Assembly: GCA_045637765.1 (NCBI GenBank)
Contig: JAZTZZ010000002.1
Coordinates: forward strand, 1-24,000
DNA length: 24,000 nt
Direction of reading: 5' to 3'
Source: Anaerovoracaceae bacterium
GTDB taxonomy: Bacteria > Bacillota > Clostridia > Peptostreptococcales > Anaerovoracaceae
Position numbers and translations under genes: made by a program. The notes beneath the pieces were generated by a model that made no database searches, was not told the origin of the DNA, and saw only the letters and a program-made list of their open reading frames with translations. Positions 16,840-24,000 of the stretch are shown piece after piece (position 1 is the stretch's first letter; the number at the start of each line of letters is the position of its first letter).

Positions 16840-17883
16840 TTACTCTAAAATAATGTCTTTTTCTTCCTTTTCGGTCACATATCCGATGATTGCAGCCTGA
16901 GGAATCTGTTCCTTCAGCTCCGCAGCACACTGCTCTGCATACTTCTGCGGCAATGCAAACAGCAAACCGCCGCTGGTCTGCGGGTCATACAAGATATCCT
17001 CCATGGCCAGTGTGATCTGCCCGCGTTTTTCTACACCGTTCTGAGCATACTCTCGGTTCCGGTAAGCGCCGGCAGGAACCAGTCCCATGGACGCAAGTTC
17101 CAGCGCTTCCTTATGATACGGCACCTGATCCACCTGAATGTGCAGGCTGCATCCGCTTCCCTGGGCCATTTCATAACTGTGACCCATGAGTCCGAAACCA
17201 GTCACATCAGTACAGCTGTTTACCGGATATTTTACCATAATGTCTCTGGCGGCCCGGTTCAGTGTAGCCATCTGCTGATAGATGCGTTCCATCACCTCTT
17301 CACAGGTCATGTCCGCCTTGGCACCGGTGGTCAGAATCCCCACACCAAGAGGTTTTGTCAGAATCAGAACATCGCCTGGCTTGGCATTGGAATTGGTCAG
17401 AACCTTATCCGGGTGTACAAATCCGGACACTGCCAGGCCGTAAATAGGTTCCGCCCCCTTGATCGTATGGCCCCCTGTTATAATCGCCCCAGCATCATAT
17501 GCGGCATCGTAGCCGCCCCGCAGAATCTCACGAATGACAGAGTCCGCCATTCCCTCCACTGCGCAAAGTATATTCAGTGCCAGCTTCGGCTCCCCACCCA
17601 TGGCATACACATCGCTGAGAGCATTTGTTGCAGCAATTTTTCCGTACAGGTACGGTTCATCTACAATCGGCGGGAAGAAATCGGTGGTCTGAATCAGGGC
17701 CGTGTTTTCATCAATTACATATACGCTTGCATCATCACTCTTTTCATATCCCACAATCAGGTTGGGGTCGGAATGAGTACGGAAGCCCTCCAGCATACGT
17801 GCCAGTGTGCCGGCCCCCATTTTCGCACCGCATCCGGCACAGTTTGCCAGTTTGGTCAGTTTTACATCATTTTCCTTCGTCAT
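16840..17883 (-). CDS. selD: selenide, water dikinase (selenophosphate synthetase), Cys-type
   Basis: 347 aa. The N-terminal LTKLANCAGCGAKMG aligns with the E. coli SelD GAGCGCK loop. The catalytic position is a TGC Cys codon (complement of 17830-17832), not TGA. AIR-synthase-like motifs (DDASV, TTDFF) are present. Confidence 0.92.
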   Translation of the reverse strand: MTKENDVKLTKLANCAGCGAKMGAGTLARMLEGFRTHSDPNLIVGYEKSDDASVYVIDENTALIQTTDFFPPIVDEPYLYGKIAATNALSDVYAMGGEPKLALNILCAVEGMADSVIREILRGGYDAAYDAGAIITGGHTIKGAEPIYGLAVSGFVHPDKVLTNSNAKPGDVLILTKPLGVGILTTGAKADMTCEEVMERIYQQMATLNRAARDIMVKYPVNSCTDVTGFGLMGHSYEMAQGSGCSLHIQVDQVPYHKEALELASMGLVPAGAYRNREYAQNGVEKRGQITLAMEDILYDPQTSGGLLFALPQKYAEQCAAELKEQIPQAAIIGYVTEKEEKDIILE

Positions 17884-18515
17884 TACGGTCTCACCACACT
17901 GCGGGCAGTTTCCATCCGCTCTACGATATCATACATATTAGTTACGCCGCCAACCGCCAGCTTTTCTTTCAGGCCATAGAAGTCCAGGCAGGTGCCGCAG
18001 GTAAGAATGGTAACACCTTCGGATTCCAGCAGCTTCAGGTCTTCCAGTGTGTCTGCACCTTCACAGGTCAGGTACGCACCGGTGTTATAGCAGAGAATGG
18101 TTTTCGGCAGGTAGTCCTGTCTGGTCAGAGCGAAAACAAAGGCTTTCATCAGAGAAGTTCCCAGCTTTTCATCACCGGTGCCCATCACATTGGCAGGCAG
18201 TACCACCAGCATGCCCTTCTTTCTGCGGTCTGCTTCGCAGGAAATTTCTTCTTCTGCGGTTTCATCTTCCGCTTCTGTCACAGGTGCGGATGCAGCAATA
18301 TTCATAATCACTGCAAAATCTTTCTCCCCGTCCTTCTCAGCGGATGCAGTGAATCCCTTATGCTCTGCAAATCTGCAGAGATTCTGCACTGCGATTTCGT
18401 TGTCCACCAGAACAGTCAGCACATCGCCTTCCTTCAGTTCTTCTGCTGCCTTCTTTGCATTTACTACAGGCAGAGGACATGCCATACCTCTGCAGTCAAT
18501 CTTCTTTTCCATCAT
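17883..18515 (-). CDS. yedF: sulfurtransferase-like selenium metabolism protein YedF (TusA/SirA domain + DsrE-like domain)
   Basis: 210 aa. The N-terminus is IDCRGMACPLPVVNAKKA (CPxP TusA motif). The C-terminus is GTGDEKLGTSLMKAF...LTCGTCLDFYG...GGVTNMYDI. Its stop overlaps the selD start by 1 nt (TAATG). Confidence 0.8.
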   Translation of the reverse strand: MMEKKIDCRGMACPLPVVNAKKAAEELKEGDVLTVLVDNEIAVQNLCRFAEHKGFTASAEKDGEKDFAVIMNIAASAPVTEAEDETAEEEISCEADRRKKGMLVVLPANVMGTGDEKLGTSLMKAFVFALTRQDYLPKTILCYNTGAYLTCEGADTLEDLKLLESEGVTILTCGTCLDFYGLKEKLAVGGVTNMYDIVERMETARSVVRP

Positions 18516-19654
18516 TCTTCCTCCTGTGCCAGTTCCTGCAGGGCAGAAACTGCAATCTTGATTTCTTCCATTGTGTTATAGTGTGAAAAGCTGAAACGGA
18601 CCGCCCCTTGTTTTACTGTCCCCAGGGCCTGGTGCATCAGCGGTGCACAGTGAGCTCCCGGCCTGGTGGCGATTCCGTACTGTGCCGATAGCACATCGCT
18701 GACTTCACCCGAATCGTAATTCCTCACATTGAGTGTCACGATGCCGCATCTGTTTTTCGTTTCAAAATCCCCATACACGGTGATTCCGTCAATCTGACGG
18801 ACCCGGTTATAAAACTCCCACATCAGATTCTGTTCCGTCTCCCGGATAGTATCCAGCCCGGATTCCTGTATATATTTCACTGCCGCAGCCAGTCCGGCGA
18901 TGCCGTGTCCGTTTAAGGTACCGGCTTCCAGTGCCGTCGGCATCTGGGGCGGGTGTTCCTTCAGATACGTCTGCACACCGCTTCCTCCTGAGAGCAGCGG
19001 ACGTATACGAAGACCTTCTCTCACATAGATACCGCCTGTTCCCTGTGGTCCCAGAAGTCCCTTATGGCCTGTAAAGCAGAGAATATCGATGTTCATCTTC
19101 TGCACATCAATGTCGAATACCCCTGCAGTCTGAGACGCATCGACGATATAGATCAGTCCATGTTTCCTCGCTATTGTACCAATGCGTATCAGGTCCAGCA
19201 GGTTTCCGGTCAGATTGGATCCATGCGTCGTAATCAGAACTTTCGTATTGGGCCGAATGTTTTTTTCAATATCCTCATAGTTTATATTCCCCTGCTGATC
19301 TGCCGGCAGAATCGTCAGCTGAACTCCTGCCTTTTCCATTTCGTACAGGGGCCGCAGAACAGAGTTATGTTCCAGCGCTGTAGTGATCACATGGTCCCCT
19401 GGACTCAGAGTTCCCTTGATGGCGATATTCAGACTTTGAGTGGAATTGGCAGTAAAGGCAATCTGTTCGGGGCTTTCTGCATGAAACAGTTCCGCCAGAG
19501 CAAGTCTTGCATCATAAATCACCCTGGAGGTACTCAGTGCATTGCTGTGTGCTCCCCGTCCCGAGTTGCCCATGGTATATAGCGCGTCTGTTATGGCCTG
19601 AATCACACATTCCGGTTTGCGAAGTGTTGTCGCCGCATTATCGAAATAAATCAT
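18512..19654 (-). CDS. class-V aminotransferase-fold cysteine desulfurase / selenocysteine lyase-like enzyme
   Basis: 380 aa. It begins IYFDNAATT, carries the PLP-Lys context LCFTGHKGLLGPQGTGG, and has GAHCAP near the C-terminus. An ATGA overlap joins it to yedF. Confidence 0.85.
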   Translation of the reverse strand: MIYFDNAATTLRKPECVIQAITDALYTMGNSGRGAHSNALSTSRVIYDARLALAELFHAESPEQIAFTANSTQSLNIAIKGTLSPGDHVITTALEHNSVLRPLYEMEKAGVQLTILPADQQGNINYEDIEKNIRPNTKVLITTHGSNLTGNLLDLIRIGTIARKHGLIYIVDASQTAGVFDIDVQKMNIDILCFTGHKGLLGPQGTGGIYVREGLRIRPLLSGGSGVQTYLKEHPPQMPTALEAGTLNGHGIAGLAAAVKYIQESGLDTIRETEQNLMWEFYNRVRQIDGITVYGDFETKNRCGIVTLNVRNYDSGEVSDVLSAQYGIATRPGAHCAPLMHQALGTVKQGAVRFSFSHYNTMEEIKIAVSALQELAQEEE

Positions 19655-19665
19655 ATTTTTTCACC

Positions 19666-19902
19666 TCACACCATACAGAGGCAGCAGCCCTGATGCTGAA
19701 TGCTGTGGCGCTGCATCAGATCCAGCAGCGCAGCCTGACTTTCCGGCTTTGCACACCAGGCCAGACCACAGTCTGCCGTAATGCTTCCCGGTACCGGAAT
19801 AATTCTTCCTTCTGCCCCTTCTTCCTTACAGGCCTGTTCCATGGCCATTGCGGCCGTAGTCGTATAGAATGTAATTACAAGTTTTTCTGTTCGCTTAATC
19901 AT
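19666..19902 (-). CDS. DUF3343-like small protein (putative Se/S carrier)
   Basis: The track ORF extends to 19944. I prefer the ATG at 19902 (MIKRTEKLVITFYTTTAAMAMEQACKEEG...IPVPGSITADCGLAW), whose length and beta-alpha start are typical of DUF3343. This start overlaps the upstream stop (cTATGATTAA). Confidence 0.7.
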   Translation of the reverse strand: MIKRTEKLVITFYTTTAAMAMEQACKEEGAEGRIIPVPGSITADCGLAWCAKPESQAALLDLMQRHSIQHQGCCLCMV

Positions 19903-20989
19903 AGTAGTGTTCCAATTCTTCCATAGCTTCCCGCGTATCCACATCCATCAGCTCATGAAGATCTTCTACCTGCATCATGGATACTTTTTCTGGATACTTC
20001 TTAAGAATCCAGCTGCCGCCTTTTCCTTCCGGAAGGGTCTTCAGTGCTTCTTTACTCCAGGTTGGGAAGATAACCGGAGATCCCGGAAACTCATCATGGC
20101 AGGTCCGCCAGATTTTATCTTTTTCGTTCACCGCACAGTGAAGCAGCGCCGCCACCGTCTCCCTTCGAAGGAGAGGCTGGTCCGCCGGACAGAACATATA
20201 ACCATCTGCATCCCCCAGAGCCTCCATTCCCAGTCTGACCGTGTCACTGCGGTGCGGCAGATCATGAAAAACAACCTCCACTCCTCTGTCTCTGCACAGC
20301 TTTACCACATCTTCATGTCTTGTCACCACCACACGCCGTCCGAATAAGCCTTCTGTAGCATCCAATACATAAGAAATCATTGGTTTACCCATAAAATTTA
20401 TCATCAACTTATTTCCGCCAAACCGTTTTCCCAGGCCTGATGCCATAATAACGCATCCCACATTTCCAAAAGGTTCGTCCAGATCGATGACGAAGGCATC
20501 TTCTCTGCTGCACAGTAACTGCAGGAAGGCCAGATCCTGCTTTCTTACCACTGCAGCCACCTGCTTTGCTTCCATAAGCTGCAAAATCGCCTCACAGTAG
20601 GCCTCACATTCCGTTTCCAGGTATCCGATTTCATCGATGCTGACCCAGGGACTGTCAGAGTCTGCAGCACGCTGCAGTGCTTCGATGCCAAGGTGAAGGA
20701 ATCCATCCTGCACAACTTTCATACGGTTTTCACATCCCTGGCGCGTTTCGTCGAAGATTCCCGCCTGTGCAGTTTCTCCCGTGACAGAATCCTTTAACCA
20801 TACGGATTTTCCCGGTTCTGCCCAAGTTGTAATTCCGGGAAGAGGCTGATCAAATAAGGCATTCAGCAGTGTGGTCTTTCCGCTTCCCCGGCCGCCTGTC
20901 AGGATCAGGTGACGTTTACCGCTGCTCTGAAAAGAATTCCAGATAGAGCTGGCTGTTGGCCTGTATGCAGGCGTTCCGATATGCTTCAT
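19895..20989 (-). CDS. fusion protein: THEP1-like P-loop NTPase + MocA/MobA-like molybdenum-cofactor nucleotidyltransferase
   Basis: 364 aa. Residues ~25-175 give HLILTGGRGSGKTTLLNAL (Walker A) and WVSIDEIGYLE (Walker B-like, as in the NTPase_1/THEP1 family). Residues ~177-364 give CVIMASGLGKRFGGNKL, CPADQPLL and a C-terminal MDVDTREAMEEL, all typical of MocA/MobA. The start is uncertain: the only ATG (20989) lies 74 nt inside the upstream gene. Confidence 0.75.
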   Translation of the reverse strand: MKHIGTPAYRPTASSIWNSFQSSGKRHLILTGGRGSGKTTLLNALFDQPLPGITTWAEPGKSVWLKDSVTGETAQAGIFDETRQGCENRMKVVQDGFLHLGIEALQRAADSDSPWVSIDEIGYLETECEAYCEAILQLMEAKQVAAVVRKQDLAFLQLLCSREDAFVIDLDEPFGNVGCVIMASGLGKRFGGNKLMINFMGKPMISYVLDATEGLFGRRVVVTRHEDVVKLCRDRGVEVVFHDLPHRSDTVRLGMEALGDADGYMFCPADQPLLRRETVAALLHCAVNEKDKIWRTCHDEFPGSPVIFPTWSKEALKTLPEGKGGSWILKKYPEKVSMMQVEDLHELMDVDTREAMEELEHYYD

Positions 20990-21257
20990 AACGCGTCATC
21001 CATTCCTTTCCCTCTGTTGTCAGCTGGCTTCCTCCTCCATCTTTTCCGCCTGTCATGCGGGAAGTCAGCGGAAATCCCAGAGCAGTTTCCGCATTCTTCA
21101 ATACTTTCAAAGCCTTGGTATAGGCCATGTTCATAGACATGGCAGCTGCACGCAGTGACCCTGTTTCTTCTACCGCACGTAAAAGTCTGAACGGTCCTTC
21201 CCCAAAAAACTTTTCCTCGTTGTCATCGAGAAAAACAATCTTTGTCACGGCCTTCAT
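20916..21257 (-). CDS. ModE N-terminal-domain-like winged-helix regulator (short LysR/ModE-type HTH, no Mop domains)
   Basis: 113 aa. GSLRAAAMSMNMAYTKALKVLKNAETALGFPLTSRMTGGKDGGGSQLTTEGKEWMTRY matches the ModE N-domain pattern (GS...AA..L..SY..AW..I..LN......L......GG..GGG..LT..G). An ATGA overlap joins it to the upstream ATPase gene. Confidence 0.75.
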   Translation of the reverse strand: MKAVTKIVFLDDNEEKFFGEGPFRLLRAVEETGSLRAAAMSMNMAYTKALKVLKNAETALGFPLTSRMTGGKDGGGSQLTTEGKEWMTRYEAYRNACIQANSQLYLEFFSEQR

Positions 21258-22048
21258 TGGTCATCCTCCCTGAGCATGATTAACTGCTCCCCACCATTTC
21301 GCATTCTGCAGCTCTGCAAATTAACGGGACCATATATTTTGCTGAGCAATTGCTCCATTTTATCGAGATTATCTGTCTTTGGCCGGATTATTTCCAATAC
21401 GTTACCATCCGACAGAAGCAGAAGTTTATCACAGTAATTCAGTGCCAGCGCAGGATCATGGAGGGTAACAATGGCCCCCCGTCCACCTTCCTGTACCCAG
21501 CTTCGGATCATCTTCAGCATCTGGTAACGATACCGGAAATCCAGTGCACTTTCCGGTTCATCTAAAAGCAGAAGTCTGCTGTCCGATACCAGCGTACGGG
21601 CCAGAACGCACATCTGCTTCTGTCCCTCACTGAGATTCAGGTAATTGACCTCTTCCATTCCACCAAGCCCTACCTGCTTCAGCATCTGCCGTGAACGTTC
21701 TATCATAGTCCCATCCGGATGCTGCAAAAGCTTCAGCTGAGGATTAAAGCCCATCAGTACCACATCCATTGCTGAAATATCAATGCCGATGCCGCTGCGC
21801 TGCGGAATATAGCTGCATAATCCGGCAAGCCGCCGAGGCGGCAGATTCTCAAGCAGCTCACTCTGCAGTATGCAGGAACCTTCGTGAGGCAGAATTCCGC
21901 AGATGGCTTTCAGCAGTGTAGTTTTTCCGCTGCCGTTTGCCCCCAAAATCCCCAGAACAGAACCTTCCTCCAGATCAAAGGACAGATTATGAACCACCTT
22001 CTTCGTATGATACCCTGCGGTTATATTTTTTGCAGAGAAGAAAGTCAT
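21254..22048 (-). CDS. ABC transporter ATP-binding protein, FecE/FepC/BtuD-type
   Basis: 264 aa. Walker A GANGSGKTT, signature LSEGQKQ and Walker B LLLLDEPES are present. An ATGA overlap joins it to the permease gene. Confidence 0.9.
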   Translation of the reverse strand: MTFFSAKNITAGYHTKKVVHNLSFDLEEGSVLGILGANGSGKTTLLKAICGILPHEGSCILQSELLENLPPRRLAGLCSYIPQRSGIGIDISAMDVVLMGFNPQLKLLQHPDGTMIERSRQMLKQVGLGGMEEVNYLNLSEGQKQMCVLARTLVSDSRLLLLDEPESALDFRYRYQMLKMIRSWVQEGGRGAIVTLHDPALALNYCDKLLLLSDGNVLEIIRPKTDNLDKMEQLLSKIYGPVNLQSCRMRNGGEQLIMLREDDQ

Positions 22049-23055
22049 ACGCCTCTCCTTTCTCTTACAATGAGATACACTAAAAATGGTGCGCCCAGAA
22101 GGCTGGTAAAAATGCTGACCGGAAGTTCCGTCTGGGCCACGCTGCGTGCCAGAATATCAGCACTGCAAAGCAGAATGCCTCCTGCAATTCCGCTGAGCAT
22201 CATAGTACCCAGCCGATTGTTTTTCGTCAGAAGGCGGGCACTGTGAGGTGCCAGAAGTCCCACAAAGCTGATTAAGCCGGACAGGCTGACCACCGATGCC
22301 ACAACCAGAGTCGCCAGAAGCAAAATGATCAGCCGCATCTTTGCCACATCAACACCCAGCATCCGTGCTTCTCCCTCTTCCGCTGACAGCATAATCAGCT
22401 GGCGATGCAGAAGAAAAAGCACCACAAGGCAGATTACACATAAAGCCAGATTCCAGCCGATGGAGTACGCGCTGATTCCGTTGAGACTTCCCATAATCCA
22501 GTACTCGATGGATGCCAGTTCCCGTTCCGGATCTGCAGTGAGCTTCAGACACATGAGAAGGGTCTGAGCCAGAGAATGTACCGCAATTCCGGCTAAAACG
22601 ATAGTGCTGTTTTTTCCGCTTCGATCCAGTGAAGATAAAAGCAATGCAAGGCTTACTGCAGTCAGCGCCCCTGCAAAAGCAGAGATTGTCACCGCCGCTG
22701 CACCGGACAGAAACAGAATGCCTGCTGCAGCACCGGCGCTGGCACCGGAGGATACACCGATAATATCCGGAGCAGCCAATGGGTTGCGAAAGACTGTCTG
22801 ATAGACGAATCCTGATACTCCCAGAGCAAAGCCGCCGAAGACACCAACTACAATACGGCTCAGACGGAGAGTCAGAAATACCCTCCACTGCATTTCATCT
22901 CCTGCCAGAAGCAGCTTAAGGCTCAACGGGTATTTCCCCACAAACAAACTAAAAGCAGCCAGGGCAAGCAAAAGAACCGCCCCGGCTGTGCAATATAATT
23001 TCGTTGTATTAGTTTTCGCTGTATTTAAAACCATAGAATGTTTCATAATATTCAT
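22045..23055 (-). CDS. FecCD/BtuC-family (type II importer) ABC permease
   Basis: 336 aa and polytopic. FecCD-like motifs include RNPLAAPDIIGVSSGA, EEGEARMLGVDV and LPVSIFTSLLGAPFLVYLI. The start is uncertain (ATGs at 23055, 23046 and 23034); all of them overlap the end of the SBP gene. Confidence 0.85.
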   Translation of the reverse strand: MNIMKHSMVLNTAKTNTTKLYCTAGAVLLLALAAFSLFVGKYPLSLKLLLAGDEMQWRVFLTLRLSRIVVGVFGGFALGVSGFVYQTVFRNPLAAPDIIGVSSGASAGAAAGILFLSGAAAVTISAFAGALTAVSLALLLSSLDRSGKNSTIVLAGIAVHSLAQTLLMCLKLTADPERELASIEYWIMGSLNGISAYSIGWNLALCVICLVVLFLLHRQLIMLSAEEGEARMLGVDVAKMRLIILLLATLVVASVVSLSGLISFVGLLAPHSARLLTKNNRLGTMMLSGIAGGILLCSADILARSVAQTELPVSIFTSLLGAPFLVYLIVRERRGV

Positions 23056-24000
23056 CCATAACTGCTGTGCAGTCTTCTTCAGCCATCAGATCCGGATGGA
23101 GCACACTCGCCAGCCATAATGATCCCAGAATGCTTCCTGGAACCGGGCTGTCCCACGCTTCTGCATTTCCCGGAACCTGGAACACCTGCTTCTTTTCTAC
23201 TGCTGCACATCCTGCCAGATTTGGATCAGCCAGAACATCTTCCACTGTGTAAGTTGCATCGGAAGCCAGAATAATGTATTCCGGATTCCAGGTCAGCAGC
23301 TGTTCGTAGTCGATTTCTACCCAGTAAGTGTCGGTCAGTTCTGCTGCCACATTGGTTCCGCCCGCCATGCGGATCATATCAGACTGATACATGGCATCCC
23401 CTGCTGTAGACAGCATGCTGGAGTTGCCTGCCAGATATACAGTTGGTGTTTCCACATCCTTCAGTACTTCTTCCAGCAGTGCTTCCTGATCTCCAATAAA
23501 ACCAATCAGCGTTTCTGCTCTTTCCTGTGTACCGGTTGCCTGTGCAATCAGGTTCACCATTTCTTCCAGCAGTTCTCCGTTTTCAGGATTTACCAGCAAA
23601 ACATCGATACCCAGGCCTTCCAGCTGTTCGGCTGCTGCTTTTAACTTCAGCGGCAGAATTACCAGATCCGGACTCAATGCAGCACAGCCTTCCAGGTCAA
23701 ATTCCTTGGCAGTGCCCACGTTCTTCATGGTAGTCAGCTGCGGTGCACTTACCTTGTACAGGAATCTGTTTTCATTCTTCGCTTCCACACCAACCATCTT
23801 TTCATCCAGGTCCAGTGCAATCAGCAGACTTGTGGAGATATAGTAGCCACTCACAAGCTTTTCCGGCTGTGCTTCGATTGTTACCTCACGGCCTGCCTGG
23901 TCAGTTACCGTAACAGGATAGTTTCCAGTGCTGTCAGCACCGCCGTTTTCTGTACCGGCGCTCTGACCGCATGCTGCCATGGACAGAATCATGACCAGAA
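23009..24000 (-). CDS. periplasmic-binding-protein type 2 (FhuD/BtuF-like) ABC substrate-binding lipoprotein, 5' end beyond the right edge
   Basis: The frame is open to 24000 (..LVMILSMAAC-GQSAG, lipobox MAAC). The ATG at 23992 in the track therefore falls inside the signal peptide. The body (YYISTSLLIALD, LSPDLVIL, NPEYIILAS, AWDSPVPGSILGSLWLA) is typical of chelate-binding SBPs. Confidence 0.8.
   Translation of the reverse strand, partial: LVMILSMAACGQSAGTENGGADSTGNYPVTVTDQAGREVTIEAQPEKLVSGYYISTSLLIALDLDEKMVGVEAKNENRFLYKVSAPQLTTMKNVGTAKEFDLEGCAALSPDLVILPLKLKAAAEQLEGLGIDVLLVNPENGELLEEMVNLIAQATGTQERAETLIGFIGDQEALLEEVLKDVETPTVYLAGNSSMLSTAGDAMYQSDMIRMAGGTNVAAELTDTYWVEIDYEQLLTWNPEYIILASDATYTVEDVLADPNLAGCAAVEKKQVFQVPGNAEAWDSPVPGSILGSLWLASVLHPDLMAEEDCTAVMDEYYETFYGFKYSEN

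Noticed and set aside
16840-17883. Possible selenocysteine (in-frame TGA) in SelD or neighbouring genes
   Set aside because: The catalytic-loop residues of SelD are encoded by TGT/TGC. None of the called genes needs read-through of an internal TGA to reach normal family length.
17113-18581. Plus-strand ORFs 17113..17979 (288 aa), 17625..18581 (318 aa), 18047..18307 and 18178..18561
   Set aside because: They lie antisense to selD and yedF, both of which have unambiguous motifs. None has an RBS or a recognisable domain.
22349-22888. Minus-strand 179-aa Cys/Arg-rich ORF inside the FecCD permease gene
   Set aside because: It is an alternative frame of a gene whose main frame has clear FecCD motifs and a membrane profile. 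The Arg/Cys/Ser-rich composition is a typical frame-shifted artefact.
1-24000. CRISPR arrays, IS/transposon ends, integrases, phage or defence genes, tRNA/rRNA genes
   Set aside because: I saw no repeat-spacer periodicity, no long terminal inverted repeats, no recombinase-like ORFs and no rRNA- or tRNA-like non-coding stretches. The non-coding space totals only a few hundred bp, and promoters, terminators and hairpins account for it.

Overview
Gene-dense chromosomal segment that looks Firmicutes/Clostridia-like (GGAGG-type RBSs, many ATGA or 1-4 nt coupled gene junctions; the taxon guess is inference). Every gene except dapA is on the minus strand. All family calls come from motifs read in the translations, since no searches could be run.

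From left to right:
- The 5' part of ftsK/spoIIIE runs off the left edge and is therefore missing from the ORF track.
- uppP, asd and the divergent dapA follow.
- An 8-gene minus-strand operon (14470 down to 5434) has its own SigA-type promoter and a bidirectional terminator. It encodes ribokinase, a YjjI-type glycyl-radical enzyme, a YjjW-type activase, a nucleoside hydrolase and a BMP-family nucleoside ABC importer.
- A tightly coupled, co-directional block (24000 down to 14597) encodes a FecCD/BtuF-type ABC importer, a ModE-N-like wHTH protein, a P-loop NTPase-MocA fusion, DUF3343, a class-V cysteine desulfurase/selenocysteine-lyase-like enzyme, YedF, Cys-type SelD, a YqeB-family protein and a YqeC-XdhC fusion. 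This is the accessory gene set known for selenium-dependent molybdenum hydroxylases (SDMH), but no hydroxylase structural gene lies in the window.

No rRNA, tRNA, CRISPR array or mobile element was seen.

The most noteworthy observations are:
- a function-unknown YjjI/YjjW radical enzyme pair embedded in a nucleoside catabolic operon;
- unusual domain fusions and a domain permutation in the Se/Mo maturation genes;
- a chelate-type transporter translationally coupled to those maturation genes.
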